DNA of 64,000 bases from assembly GCA_963810275.1 (NCBI GenBank), contig CAWENF010000021.1:192001-256000 (forward strand). Reading direction: 5' to 3'. This DNA comes from an uncultured archaeon. GTDB lineage: Archaea; Thermoproteota; Bathyarchaeia; Bathyarchaeales; Bathycorpusculaceae. The first letter of the stretch is position 1. Every line of letters begins with the position of its first letter. This document shows, piece by piece, positions 1 through 12,672 of this stretch. A program made the translations under genes and the position numbers. The notes beneath the pieces were generated by a model. It was given only the letters and a program-made list of their open reading frames with translations, had not been told where the DNA came from and ran no database searches.

Positions 1-271
1 CTTCTGAAATAACCTCACAGAGCATGAGGTAATCCTTCAGTTTAGCATCACTTTTTTTGAGCCAAAGCGAATCCACGATGCCATGCATAACCTCAAAACC
101 AGCTTCATCCGTCAAATGCGAAGCCCGAAGATAAGTCTCGCGGGCATATGCGCAGACACGGGACTTAAGATCACGGTGCAAAAGTACCAAAGTCCAGCGG
201 CTGGGAGAGCTAAAGCTGACCGTTCGCTTGTGGCCCGACGACCCATGGAAGCTGCTCGAATAAAACCTCAC
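1..271 (-). CDS. Family B DNA polymerase (PolB2-type) C-terminal fragment, runs off the window start
   Basis: Manual translation ...VCAYARETYLRASHLTDEAGFEVMHGIVDSLWLKK...; HGIVDSLW (62-85) is the PolB2-type variant of motif C (YGDTDS). Not in the ORF track. Confidence 0.65.
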   Translation of the reverse strand, partial: MRFYSSSFHGSSGHKRTVSFSSPSRWTLVLLHRDLKSRVCAYARETYLRASHLTDEAGFEVMHGIVDSLWLKKSDAKLKDYLMLCEVISE

Positions 272-516
272 ACAAATCGTCTGTCAGAAGTGCGCAAGCA
301 AAATAAAAAAGTAAACAGTTAACGTTTTTCTACCGCTCAGACCCCAGGCGGGATAACTTCGAATCCCCAGAGGTAGGAGGTTGAGTTTTTTTTGGTTCAT
401 CAGCGAAGGAGTCAGTTATTTGATGAGTAACTGGGAGTTGAACCCAACACAAACCAACTTTTATATCATAACCCTTCCTAACAAACCCATCACCAACATC
501 TAAAAAGGCGCCTGCA

Positions 517-1779
517 ATGCAACCCCCAATCCAAACCTCCAACCTCATAAAACCCCAATACCAAGCCGACTGCATCTCAAACATCCCAAAACTCCTACTG
601 CAACTACTCCAAGCCAAAAATGCTTCAGCTCACACGCCACTTAGCAGCTACATAAAGCAAGCTGAAACCAAAAATGTAAACAAAGTTGTGCTCCTGGTAC
701 TCGATGGGTTTGGATTTAGGCAAGTCGAAGCCCATCAAAAAAACGCCTTTCTGGGCGGTTTAGCTGAAAAAGGCGACTTTGCAGCAGTTACAAGCGTGTA
801 TCCATCGCAGACCACCAACGCCCTAACCACCTTGAACACTGATTTGACGCCTCAAGAACATGGCGTGTTTGAGTATTTTTTGTACCTAAAAGAGGTTGGG
901 TTAGTGAATACGTTAAAGTTTGAACGGGTTGTCTCCCGGCGCAAAGTTAAGCCTGTGTGGAAGGGGTTCAAGCCCAGCCTCATGTTTGGGGGCAAAAGCA
1001 TCCATCGAACGTTAAAGGAACAGGGCATCGACACTTACACGCATATTAATATCGAAAACGCTTTTATTGCCATCTCGAACTTGCTTTTTGACGGCAGCAC
1101 GGTTGTGCCTGCACTTAAGACCTCGGATTTAGCGGTTAATTTACGCAAAAACCTTGAGAATGCGGGTGGCGGCTACTTTTTTGTCCACATAGAAACCTTA
1201 GATACAATTTCGCATGAATATGGTCCGGAAAGCAGTCATTACTCGGCGGAACTTGAAGCCGTAACTTGCATGCTGCAAAAGGAGCTAATCGAAAAAATCA
1301 ATCCAAAAACCGCCAAGGAAACCCTCATAATACTCACCTCAGACCACGGCGCAGTCCAAGTTAACCCCCAAGAAACCTCATATCTAAGCCTCGACCAACC
1401 CCCCCTAACTTGGAGACAAACGAGCAAAAACCGCAAACGGATATTCCCCACAGGGAGCCCGCGAGACATTTTCCTGCACATCCATCCAGACAAGCTGCAA
1501 GAAGCCAAAGAAAAGCTGGCTAGGCGGATTGGTTCTAAAGCTTTGGTTGTAGAGACCGAGGTGATGGTTAAAGACGGCTGGTTCGGGTTAGGTGAGCCCA
1601 GCGAAGAGTTTTTAGAGCGTGCAGGGAACTTGATGGTTGTGCCTCTTGGGAAGGAGACTATTTGGTTTGCTAATCCTGACGGGCGGCGGTTAAGTTTTCT
1701 GGGGCAGCATGGTGGCTTAAGCCGTGAGGAGATGATGGTGCCGTTTGCTGTGGCGAATCTTGGGCGCCTAAAAAAGTAA
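517..1779 (+). CDS. Alkaline phosphatase superfamily / type I phosphodiesterase-nucleotide pyrophosphatase
   Basis: LVLDGFG, SVYPSQTTNALTT, DTISHEYGP, TSDHG and GQHGGLSREEM motifs. Confidence 0.85.
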   Translation: MQPPIQTSNLIKPQYQADCISNIPKLLLQLLQAKNASAHTPLSSYIKQAETKNVNKVVLLVLDGFGFRQVEAHQKNAFLGGLAEKGDFAAVTSVYPSQTTNALTTLNTDLTPQEHGVFEYFLYLKEVGLVNTLKFERVVSRRKVKPVWKGFKPSLMFGGKSIHRTLKEQGIDTYTHINIENAFIAISNLLFDGSTVVPALKTSDLAVNLRKNLENAGGGYFFVHIETLDTISHEYGPESSHYSAELEAVTCMLQKELIEKINPKTAKETLIILTSDHGAVQVNPQETSYLSLDQPPLTWRQTSKNRKRIFPTGSPRDIFLHIHPDKLQEAKEKLARRIGSKALVVETEVMVKDGWFGLGEPSEEFLERAGNLMVVPLGKETIWFANPDGRRLSFLGQHGGLSREEMMVPFAVANLGRLKK

Positions 1780-2146
1780 GCTGTCTCTTGACTATTGGTT
1801 TTCTATTGCTCTCTTCGATAGACACATCCCTTTAAATATGCTAAGTCGACTGTGGTGTTTTGTGTTTGGTGACGTTTGTATTCAATGGCTTTGCTTTAAA
1901 TTATAAAATCGAGTGCGGCCTCTAACTTGACTTAATCTACATTTGAATAAGTTTGGTTGACTAACGCTTTACGCACTTTCCAGAAGCAGAATCAAAATGA
2001 TTTTTATCGCCATAATCACAGAATTTGCAGTCACTTCGCGTGTCCTGCCCGAAGGGACAACCTTTCAAATCAGCCGTACCAATACGCCTCAACTACCGCC
2101 TAACAAGCCAAACCCATATAAAACTATAGACAAACAACCATCAAAC

Positions 2147-3028
2147 CTAATGGACGCTACCTAAAATTTCACCTAAACGCCCTAAATGCTCAAACATAAC
2201 AAAGTGTCCCTCGCCCCCAAAAACCTCCAGCGTCGCAGAAGGCACCAGTCCTGAAATTTCGTAGGCGTTTTGGACACGGCAAGTCTTATCTTCGCTCCCA
2301 TGCCAAACCCACAGCTTTCCCTCCCCCACCGCTTCGAATGGCAACGTCCAAGACTTCACAAAAAGCTGATGCTCCTCCACCACGGCTTTAACGCCGCATT
2401 CCCCTTGTCGGAAGGCTTCAGCCATAGAATCATACATAAGCGTAACCCACTGGCGGTCTTTTAGCCGTGCGAGGTCTGTTTTTGAGCAGCCCTGGAGCAG
2501 CTGTTTGCCTTGAGGTGTTGACAGAAAAGCTTCTGCGTCACCGTCGGCTTTGAGCAGTTGCCGACTGAGGTAACTCATAGCAAACTTTCCGATTCTTGGG
2601 AACCTCATAAGGTACTTTGCTAATGGGTTGTTGTGAGCTGATGCAACGTCAAAGGGTAAAGTGGGAGCAGCAACTGTAACCGCACGAGAAACCCTGTCGG
2701 GGTTACATGTTAAATAAGCCAAAGCGAATACCCCGCCGCCTGACCACCCCAAAACCCCAAACTGTTTTAACCCCAAATGGTCTGCGAGGCAATTGAGGTC
2801 GCCGTTAAAGTCAGTTAGGTTCTGTCTATGTGCATAAGTGGAGTCACCATAGCCAGGGCGGTCCACGCTGATAAGCTGCAAACCCGAATCCACCGCAAGC
2901 CAACGAAGAAGATTTACTTCGAGACGGCTGCTGGCGGTTCCATGAAAATACACCACAGGATAACCTTGCCCAACAGTGAGGTATGCGAGTTTGCGTCCGC
3001 CAGGCAAGATACAGATTTCTGCCGCCAA
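2147..3028 (-). CDS. Alpha/beta hydrolase
   Basis: FHGT oxyanion motif, DRPGYGDS, GWSGG nucleophile elbow, HGSED, GEGH. Confidence 0.9.
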   Translation of the reverse strand: MAAEICILPGGRKLAYLTVGQGYPVVYFHGTASSRLEVNLLRWLAVDSGLQLISVDRPGYGDSTYAHRQNLTDFNGDLNCLADHLGLKQFGVLGWSGGGVFALAYLTCNPDRVSRAVTVAAPTLPFDVASAHNNPLAKYLMRFPRIGKFAMSYLSRQLLKADGDAEAFLSTPQGKQLLQGCSKTDLARLKDRQWVTLMYDSMAEAFRQGECGVKAVVEEHQLFVKSWTLPFEAVGEGKLWVWHGSEDKTCRVQNAYEISGLVPSATLEVFGGEGHFVMFEHLGRLGEILGSVH

Positions 3029-4081
3029 CTATTTCGCCACCAGGTAGAGGGTGAACGTTGAGGTATTTGGCTTTAGTGGATGCCAAAAAGGGATGTGAGC
3101 AGTGAAGCTTTAGAAGTTAGTAGGCTCAAGCGCCTTGAATGGGAAACAGCTTCTTTGCCAACCTCAACGCCAAGTCAGGGTCAGATTCATAATCCAAGTG
3201 CCGTGGACCCATGTCGATATAGCGGTCAAACTCTTTTTTGGTCATGTTGATGTTTTTAAGGAATAGCTATTAGCATTAACCAGCCTAAAAGAAGAACAAC
3301 AACAAGCAAAATTTTCAAACTGTTGTTGTTCTCTTGAACTCTGACCTGAAGAGTTGAATCTAGGAAAAGTCATAATTCTTCATGTTTCACTAAGACATTA
3401 AGAAAAGTAGTCGGAAATGGTAGTCCAGAATAATCGGTACTCTGGCGTTTAATTTTACACTGGTTTTTTAGTTTGTTAAAGCTCTTTTATGAGTTGTTCT
3501 TTTAGCACACTGCTAAGTTGGGATATTTGTTGATCTTCAAGTTTGTCTCCCGAAACAAAGGTTACGTTTAGGTGATTAGTGCTTGTCTTGTTAGGATTTC
3601 TTCGGGGGTTTAGTTCATTGAGCATATGATTTCTTTGAGTAAGTCGATTTTTGAAGCCGGCTAAACCAAGGAAACAGTGAACGTTAACCTAAAAGCTACG
3701 TATCGACAGTTTAACTGGCGGGTGGAAAGAGCGCAAACTATGCCACACAATTCCTAAGGGTAAAGTGTGGAAATCCTGGTAGAAATTAAGTTAACAGAAG
3801 TTAGGAAAGGCAACGGTACCGTTACTGTTCGCAAATAGTTCTGTGGAGTCTTAATGGTTTTTAGAGTTTGAACGGCGAGTTAGTAATCAAAGATGAAGTG
3901 GTCCATTGGATGTCAAACAACAAACAACTGGCTAAATGCATTAATTGTGATACCACATATGGATTAGAAGTAATAGAAAACTGAAATTAGCAGAAAGAGT
4001 CAAAAATGAGTTATCAATCAAATTCGTTTCGCCATGATAAAACCAGGAAGTATGTAGTTAACCAAAGAGTGGAAAACAAAT

Positions 4082-4942
4082 TTGCATGAAGAAATCTGTA
4101 AAGTATTTGATGAAGCCAACTTTTTTCAACAACAAGGTTATGAAAAAACGGCATCTCAGATTAACGATTTAACTGTACGCGTGGAACAAAAGAAAATTCG
4201 CGAAATAAAGACCATTTTGGGGGAAGTACTCAAAATAAGCAATACCTTCAACTCAGAGTTCGAGACAGCCTATCCGATGGGCGGGGCATATAGAAGAAAA
4301 TGTTTTCCACAAACCCAGCTTATCGTCTTTAGCGGCTTAATGGCTATGGACAAAGAACAGTCCCAACCACCAGAATTCGTACTCAATCTCATAAAAAAGA
4401 TGAACACACAAGATGACTACATTAATTCTTTGAGCAAATCGCTCTCGGCGCTTTTATCTAAGGACAATAGAACACCTGAAGAGGGCAAAGAAATGTTTAG
4501 AGATGCCTGCACTATTTATGCACAGTCATTTGAGGGCATCTTTTCTTCGGCTGCCAAAATATTGTATTTTTTGATGGAAAAAACGGGTGAAGGCATTCCA
4601 GAATTTACGCCAACAGCCACGGTTTGGGATATTTGGAATAATCTAAAACAAGGTAAGGTAGACGTACCAGTATTTTTGGAAAACTGGCATGAAAAAAACA
4701 ACATCCAAAAAGCAATAGCACACGCCCAAAACCAATATGACCCCATGCGTGATAGGGTACACTTCGTTAACAAAGATAGAGACGGCAAAATCACGTATGA
4801 GAGCCCGGAGGACATGACGTTTGCTGATTTCTTTGAGATTTGGATGGAAGTAGCTGATGCCATAGATTCGCTTAGGTATTCTATGCGTCTTTATGGAATC
4901 TTCCAAACACTTGCAATGTATGAAAACAGTTTAAACTCTTAA
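4082..4942 (+). CDS. Hypothetical helical protein, possibly degenerate HEPN-like
   Basis: 286-aa ORF; IQKAIAH resembles a decayed R-x4-H motif. Confidence 0.55.
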   Translation: MHEEICKVFDEANFFQQQGYEKTASQINDLTVRVEQKKIREIKTILGEVLKISNTFNSEFETAYPMGGAYRRKCFPQTQLIVFSGLMAMDKEQSQPPEFVLNLIKKMNTQDDYINSLSKSLSALLSKDNRTPEEGKEMFRDACTIYAQSFEGIFSSAAKILYFLMEKTGEGIPEFTPTATVWDIWNNLKQGKVDVPVFLENWHEKNNIQKAIAHAQNQYDPMRDRVHFVNKDRDGKITYESPEDMTFADFFEIWMEVADAIDSLRYSMRLYGIFQTLAMYENSLNS

Positions 4943-5164
4943 TTTTTCAGCTGACTGGGCGCTGACAACCCAACCAGCCCCAAAGTTAACGCCGCCACAG
5001 CGACCAAAACGATCACGATTTTAGTTTTCCGCATTCTATTTCATCACCACATAATAATATAGTCATAGACGGGTATAGTAGTTGCCTGAAACAAAACTGA
5101 ACAGTCTTAAAATTAACTCTTTTATCCAACAGACGTAACTGACTAAAGTAGAGATAAACTTTAA

Positions 5165-5621
5165 ATGGTAAAACTAAACATAGGCAACAAAACACCCGAC
5201 TTCATTCTCCCATCAAACACAGGAAAAGAGATTACACTATCACAGTTTTTCGGAAATAAGAATAGTGTTCTTCTTTTACCCGCGAGACGAAGGGCCAACT
5301 TGCGTCAAAGAAGCACAAACATTTAGAGACAACATTGAAGACTTCAATAGCAGAAATGCGCAGATAATAGGTATAAGCTCACAAAGCGTAGAATCCCACA
5401 AAAAATTCGCAGCCCATCATAGCCTACCATAAATTCTACTAAGCGATGGCGATAACAGCGTCAGAAAGTTATACGACGTTAAACCTACTTTAGGAGTCGC
5501 AGGCAGGGCAACTTTTGTTATCGACAAAAAGGGCATCGTTAAGCACATTTTTGTTTCACAACTCCAATTCAGCAAACATGCAAAAAAAGCTCTAAATGCC
5601 TTAAAAGAAATCCCACCATAA
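5165..5621 (+). CDS. bcp: Peroxiredoxin (BCP/PrxQ), one frameshift near 5265
   Basis: Manual translation MVKLNIGNKTPDFILPSNTGKEITLS.../FFYPRDEGPTCVKEAQTFRD... and later GRATFVIDKKGIVKH. Confidence 0.8.
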
Positions 5622-6116
5622 ATTAGGTCTATGTATGAAGAGGAGCCTTTAAGCACTTAAAGGCATACTTTAAGTCTGACAATGGTCCTAAATTAGTAAA
5701 TTTTTTGAGTATTCCGCAGGCACCTTGGAAATTCGATATATGTCCATTCTCGAAATAACCTTTTTATAGAGAATTCTTCTGCAGGATCTATAGAAGAGGA
5801 GAGTTGTTGCAATAATAGGTCTAACTACGGTTATTAACAAAGCCATCTTCAACTTGATTTTAGGAAGTAAGGATGGCAATTATGCTATTCAAGCTCAAGT
5901 ACTGGCTCTCATGAAACCTGATGGTTGGTAGACTCGGAGTTGCGAAACAATATCGTTTCACTAAATCCACCGCGGTGAAAATTTATGGGAAATCTGCTAT
6001 CGGCAGTAATTATCTGATTTAGAGCACTAAAAGAAGAAGCTTCGGAACCCCTTATACAAGACCTGAAAATAGTTTATTGATTATCTAATATTAACCACGT
6101 GCATTTAATTGGCGAG

Positions 6117-7164
6117 TTATTGAGGAATGTTCGTTTGTTCGTCCATTTTTAATCTAGCTAAGAGGTAAGATATTGTGGATTCGGCGCCTTGGTTCAAGTT
6201 GAGTCCGTGCACTGTTATCCCATCGTAACATGCTCCAGTCTCAACATCATAAACAGATACATTTCTTGAGTTATTTCCTAAAAACCACTCAAATACTGTC
6301 CCCATTATCTCTCTATATCGTGTATCCTTGGTTAGTCTTAGTGCTTCATCTAATGCCTCAATAGTGGATGAGGCTTCTATAGGCTGTTGGTCATAAAACG
6401 CTCGTTCGCTACCCCTTAGGTACCACCCATTGCTACCTACAGGCAAAAATTTTTTTTCTATTACCTGAACTTTTAACAGAAATTCCAAAGATTCAATACC
6501 AACTTGGAAATACTTTCGGTTATCTGTAAGGGAGTATGCAGCAAGCAAAGCATGCGGCAACCTAGCATTTGCATAAGTAACATAGTCTTCAAACCATCTC
6601 CAACCATCAGATGACGCAGCATTATACCAGTCGTATCAGAAAATCTGCCAAGGGTTTAACATTCAACACAATGTTTGTATCCTCAGGAAAAGCTTGAGAA
6701 TACTGTTGCAACCCCAATATTACAAAGGCTTTTGCCCGTAACGATTTAAAACTAAAGCTCCATGGGAATGCTTTGTCAAATATCTCTTTTGCCAATTTTC
6801 GTCTACTATTATTCAACGAGGAGTTTAAGCAAGTTCCACAAGCCCATAGAGTACGACCCATGCATTCTTCAGAATCAGCTTCTTCCACTATTCTTCGGTC
6901 ATATCTCATAAAGTTGTTTATTCTGCCATCTTTTCTTTGCATATAGTAAAGAAAACTCAGATAGCAATCAATGATCTTCTGTAATTCCGGGCTCTTATCA
7001 GTCAAGTAGCATTTTGTAGCTACTATCAGAGCTCTCGCGTTATCATCTGTAGCATAACCTTCTTTTCTATTTGGAATACAGAATTTTGAATGCTGTAAAA
7101 TTCCTGTGTCATCAGTCAACGCTCTAAGAAAGTCAAGCTGAATGCGTGGCAAATTCAAGTACAA
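6117..7164 (-). CDS. Glycosyltransferase-associated (alpha/alpha)-barrel protein, frameshifted near 6600-6625
   Basis: DDTGILQH, GYATDDNARAL, WFEDYVTYANARLPHAL, DQQPIEA and NLNQGAESTISYL motifs; normally fused or adjacent to GT4. Confidence 0.8.
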
Positions 7165-8359
7165 TACCCTCTTTCTTCTGCTTTCTTACAGACTTCTTAG
7201 GCATAGTAACTCTATCGAAGAGCTTTACGTATTCCATCGCCACTTTCGGCCAGGTAAATCGCCTACTATACACATAATTCCTAATCGCCATTTTCGCTCT
7301 CAAGTCTTTATCTAACAGTTTTTCCAAGCAATCAGCTATTGAACTAGGATCTTCAAAATCGAAAAAAAGACCACGATTATCTGCCAAGTTTTCTTTAGCA
7401 TGAAGATATGGCGTTGACATAATAGCGGTCCCTGCACCCATGGCATACGCAAGCGTTCCGCTACTGATCTGGTTAGCAGAAATGTATGGAGTAACGTAAA
7501 TGTCAGTGGCCTGCAGATATTTTATTAGTTCTCGCTTTGTGAGATAACGATTTTTAAATCGAACATGCTCTTCCAAGCCCAACTCTTTAACCAGTTCGAC
7601 GAGTTTATTGCGGTAGCTTTCTCCTTCTTGTTTTCTAACTTGAGGGTGCGTTTCACCAATTATAAGATAAATTAACGTAGGTTCCCTCTCAATTACCTGT
7701 GGCAACGCCTGAATTGCATACTCAATCCCTTTACCTCTGCTCAACAACCCAAAGGTTGTAACTACAAGACGATTTTTTAAGCCTAAAGACTCTTTTGCGA
7801 CGCTGCTTGAAACATAATTAATTTCTGGGCAGCCATGGGGGATTACTGCTTTCTGTTTTGATATTATGCCTTGCTTTTTTAAAATCTTAATTGCTACACC
7901 TGCAATAACAACAACGGCAGTGCTTTTAGAAATAATTTTTTTAAGAACCATAAGAGCTTTGGGTTCAATATCCGCATTTACAGTATGCAGAGTAGTTATG
8001 ACCGGTTTCTCAACAACATCAAGAAAATGAAGGATATATTCACCATAATCGCCTCCAAAAAGACCAAATTCATGCTGAAGACTAACAACATCAACGTTTG
8101 AGGCATTAATCTGTTCGGCAACTCTTATGTATGAGCTAACATCATCCCGACTAATCTCCCACTCAACCCTTTGGTCATAATTGTAAACTTCTTTTTTCTC
8201 ATGTACAGCAATCAAAACTGAGGTAAATTTATGGAGTTTATCAACCGAGTCTGCTAAGTCCTTAGTAAAGGTAGCAATCCCGCACTCTTTAGGAGGATAG
8301 GTACTTAGATATGCAATACGTTTTTTTTGTGGATCAGATGAAATAGTTACTTGAAACAT
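7133..8359 (-). CDS. Glycosyltransferase family 4
   Basis: STYPPKECGIATFT, QHEFGLFGG, TFGLLSRGKGIE, QISSGTLAYA. Confidence 0.9.
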   Translation of the reverse strand: MFQVTISSDPQKKRIAYLSTYPPKECGIATFTKDLADSVDKLHKFTSVLIAVHEKKEVYNYDQRVEWEISRDDVSSYIRVAEQINASNVDVVSLQHEFGLFGGDYGEYILHFLDVVEKPVITTLHTVNADIEPKALMVLKKIISKSTAVVVIAGVAIKILKKQGIISKQKAVIPHGCPEINYVSSSVAKESLGLKNRLVVTTFGLLSRGKGIEYAIQALPQVIEREPTLIYLIIGETHPQVRKQEGESYRNKLVELVKELGLEEHVRFKNRYLTKRELIKYLQATDIYVTPYISANQISSGTLAYAMGAGTAIMSTPYLHAKENLADNRGLFFDFEDPSSIADCLEKLLDKDLRAKMAIRNYVYSRRFTWPKVAMEYVKLFDRVTMPKKSVRKQKKEGIVLEFATHSA

Positions 8360-9119
8360 TTTTCTTCAACTCAGATCAGATCAACAGATTTGCTGGAACC
8401 TATCGGAATATTGCCCCAAATACAAGCAGGAAAAAATCCTAGTCTGAACAAATCAGCGAAATAACGACAGATTACGTAGATGATTGCATTGTTTGATGTA
8501 ATAAAAATGTTTTCCCAGGATTTGCCTACTCGTGCTTGTGAAAGAAATATGGGCTAAATTCATTTTTTGATTTTTCTTTCAAGTAACTTTTTCTGCCTTT
8601 CTCCCTTTTTCTTCTTAAACTGTATGCTGCAACCAAAAAAACTAATTTGGTGCTTCATCTTTGTGAGCTTTCACTGCATCTCGCACGGTACTCTTCCATT
8701 ATTTAGAATGTACCATATTGAGACTATCAATCGGTTACAGCTCAGGCTATTTGAACTATTAATCAACTCTGCCCGCTTGTTTAGGTATGCTTCATATATT
8801 CCCTGATTTTATGCGCCAAATGAGGTCATACTGCGCCTCCACAGCCTTATAGCTCTTATCAGATAAATATTCCCTCAGGGTAAAGCTCCAGTTTCTTGGC
8901 TTCTATGGCGTCCCATAAGGCAAAATCATCAAAAGCTGGATCCTCCTCGTTTCGGTTATGGTTCCACTCATAATCTTCAAAAAGACAAACAGGGTTAAAT
9001 TTCTAGCATCTCAATAAAAAACAATGGACCCTAAGCATAACCTGACTATCTTCACTTTTTAGAGACAGCCGGGAACCAGTTATAGATTAAGCGTACCAGG
9101 CGTTAGCGTAAAAAATCTT

Positions 9120-9600
9120 ATGACTGATCAAGAACAGAGTTTTCCTTGTCGCTTAATTTGCTTAGAAGCTGTTTAGCGGCTTCGTTTTGCTATTCGAGCT
9201 TGTGTCGTTGTTCGATTATGGCTTGTGTTTCCTGCTGGAATGCGAATCTGATTTTTTGCGCTCGATCATGCAAAAGCTGCTCATCCAAGTTGCCTATATG
9301 CGAAACTATGGTTTCGTCATCGGGAGGAAACCTCAAAACATTGCGTCTCTAACTCTTAGAGTTTGCGGCTAAGCACATTCATCACAAGCCCCTCCCAGTT
9401 TTACGCTCTTTGGAGTTATCGTCTTGCAGCTTTGGAATCAGAACGCATTTCTTCAGCTTCTCCTCTAAAGCGATTGCCCTTAAGCTCAAGCGCCTCATCT
9501 TTGAGCAAGCCGCCATAGGTTGAGACCGCTGAGACTAAAACTCTGGCCCAACCCTGTTTAAGGGGTCGCTGTTGCCGCCATTATGAATTTTTTTGTGAGA
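9120..9600 (-). pseudogene. Degraded small-ORF remnants, possibly of mobile-element origin
   Basis: Interrupted frames KQGWARVLVSAVSTYGGLLKDE... and RRNVLRFPPDDETIVSHIGNLDEQLL...KLE*QNEAAKQLL. Confidence 0.3.
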
Positions 9601-10042
9601 TAAGCTTAATACTCCATCTAATACTCGAAAAAGCGTGTTTCTGCGCTCTTTTGCTGAGCGATTTAATGACGGTTTTTATTGGTTTCAGCTTCAGTGTCCA
9701 CCCAAGAGTAAACGCCAAGTTCTGGTCTTACATCTCTACACCAAGAGAAAAAACAACAAAGCCAGTTAGCGTCTAAGACAACACAAAAGAAGACAACAAA
9801 ACTCAATAAGATACTTTAAGAATAAAAGATTCATGCTCGTCAAAAAACTTAGTCAATTTTTACATTTTTTATGGATTGCATATGAACCGCTCACTATAAT
9901 GAGCTCGCCAATGACAATGGGTTTACTACATTTACAACAAAAAACAACGCCATTTCTATGCAAGACGTATTAGATCATTTCTCCGAACTGCAAATGTTTG
10001 CATTAGTCAAGCCTCAAAAAAAGAAAAGGGGTATTGGTTTAT

Positions 10043-12672
10043 TTATGAACGCTTTCGTATAGCCATAAGCAATACGACGCCGACTATTGCTATTGCAACA
10101 ATTATTGCAGCTACTCCGCCGAGAATGTACATATCAGTTGGTGGCAACGATAGTGTTTGAACTGGTGCTGCTGTTGGTAGCTGGATCACTTGCATGAAAG
10201 CAGTTAGAGCGTTCGAGGATCCATAGTAAGATTCAGAACCTGCAAATGTCAGCGATAAACAGTGTAAGTCTCCAGCATATGTCAGGAGTCCAAGTGTAAG
10301 CTGTAGAAGCCATAGACGTTACTTATGGTGTGTACCGATTTGTTCTATAGTTGCCGTTAGCGTCAACAACACTTATAGTTAATTGGTACACCGGTTGTGT
10401 CTGGTTGGTTGTGGCTGTCTGCATGTAAACGTATTCCATCCATCCGGTTCTGGCTTTCGTCAGAGACTGCATGGAACGCCGTTGGGGAACCGTGCTGCTT
10501 GCTCTTTTTGGTTCGTACCGGCAGAGATGTCAGTAATGGTACCGCTGATAACTACAGATTTGCCCAATTCTATGCCTGCTTTAGGCGCTTCGACAGTCAG
10601 TTGGCTGGGTCCCTTGCCAACAGTGTATACTTTCATGTCGTAGGTGTTTAAGAAGACAAAGTATCCGTCCGCGACTCGGTCATATGTTGCATCCATGCCT
10701 GTAGCCCAGCCCATCAAAGTCCAAATTTCCGTTCCGTCTGTAGCATTAATCACTCTGTAACGTGCATCCTTGTAGAATGGTGAGTTGGGTGAATGTTCTG
10801 TGGTTCCTAAGAATAGTTTTCCGTCGGCAATTACGTCAAGATCGTATGGATAAGTTCCGTAGGATGTTTCAAGACCCGCAAAAGTGCTGTTTCCAGGACC
10901 GCCATTACCGTAGGTCCATAACAGGTTTCCATCTGTTATGTCATAAGCATAGAGGACGCCACCATAGCCAGTTACGTATATTTTGCCATAAGCGACAGCT
11001 GGATAGTTTCTAAAGTATGTATAGTCATTCATTGGCTCAGTTGGTCCCCACATTTTTTCGCCGTTGGCTAAGCTATAGCCTGACATCTGCCGGGCCTCTT
11101 TATCGTATAATATGAATACGCCGCGTTGCGGATCCCAGTTTGCAAGACCTCGTGTGCCATTTCCTTCAGCAGGGTTAAAGTGTTTTGTCCATAGCACTTG
11201 TCCTATTGAATTTGGCTTCAGACTTACGGCTGTTACATTGGCACCTTCAAGGGATACTGTTCCAAATGTAGCTGTTGGGTGTCCTCCAAAGCTGCCTTGA
11301 ACCAGTAGCATTATATCGCCAAGACTAGCTCTGTCAACACGCCACGAATCAGAGTTAGGCAAGTTTATGGATACGTTGTAGTCAAAGTTTGAGGGCAAGC
11401 CTGCATCAATTTCTCCTGAGTACCAGCCACCTGCGCCATTACCTGATTCTGCACCGATTGATTTAGAGGAATTCCATTGAAGAAGACGCCAGTCAGGATC
11501 TTCAGTAGTACCTTTGTTAACAACTGAGTAACGAATTACTTCTCCGTTTGGTCCTGGAACTGCTGCAAGGTTAGTGTCAGTTCGGGGAACGCCCGTTACG
11601 GTCAATGCAGTGGGCAACCCTGTTGTTGGGTCGTATGATGTCCCAAAGTTGCTAGAGAACAAAAGACCATTCGGTAAGATTCCGTGTTGATTAGGAGTGT
11701 CAAGAGAAGGCAGCAATCCAAAGCTGATAGTTGGCAGTTCAGAGCCAGATCGGCCTATATCAGGGTTATACCAGATTTCTTCACCCGTTTGCAGATCTAC
11801 ACAAATCCATCCACCGCCTACGCCTCTGTTGCCGTAGGGTAATTCATAGTATAGTCTTCCATTCATTATCAGTGCGTTTGAAAATCGAGTCTGATATGAA
11901 CCGCCTGTGAAGTACATTTCTCCTGGAATGGCAGTGTTGTTTCCACCAACAACTCCGCCGTCCTGGTAAGATTTACTCCACATAATGTGTGCGCTGTTAG
12001 GTGCGATACCATCTGGTTGTACTCTTGCGATGTAGAGTCCTGCTGTTCCGCCTCCGACTGAGGCACCAGATAGGATGAATGGTTCTCCGAGCCAGTTTGA
12101 TGAGATTGTGTACCAGTTTGTGTTTTGTCCTTCTATGGGTCGTGACCAGTACTCAGTTGGAAGTGGATAGCTGTCTTTTGCTGGTGGCAGTTGGTCTTCT
12201 TGCACTGTTAGCTGATATGTTGCGTCTGCGGGTGTAAAGACATCACCATTCCATGTTTGCTCTGTTCTTGAGCTGTTCCATGTGTATGTTTGTCCTGGGT
12301 AGCTGAAGCTTAGGTTGTAGGTACCAACTGGGTTGGACTATAGCTGATGAACTGAACGCTTGTTGGATCTTGGACCACAGGCCAGTTGTATGTTGTTCTG
12401 TTCCATCAGGCGCAGTTACGATTAGTTTATAGTCGTGACGCCTAATGTCGTTGGTTACAGTTGCTCCAGGCATAGCTCCATCAACCACATTATAATAAGT
12501 ACAGGTTGACCGACTCCAACTGGGTGGGTCAGCTTGAATATAAGCGTAGGATTCTACGGTCAGATTGGAGAGTGGGCATCTGCGGTAGGCATATTGTATG
12601 TAGATGTAAGCATAGGAAAAGATGTAGTGTATATCGGTTTTTAGAAATAAGATTTTTGGTTTTTTTCTCCAT
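10043..12672 (-). CDS. Secreted PQQ-like beta-propeller surface protein, paralogue 1 (several frameshifts)
   Basis: PLPTEYWSRPIEGQN, HIMWSK..GGVVGG, TTEHSPNSP, NTYDMKVYTVGKGPS, RFPNGVP; C-terminal transmembrane helix ending IRKRS. Confidence 0.8.

Noticed and set aside
83-617. ORFs 83-322(+) and 330-617(-), and the many short antisense ORFs over long genes
   Set aside because: They are shadows of better-supported genes on the opposite strand and carry no recognisable motifs.
9190-9192. In-frame TAG suggesting pyrrolysine read-through
   Set aside because: The surrounding region has several other stops and frameshifts and no pyl context, so decay is the simpler explanation.
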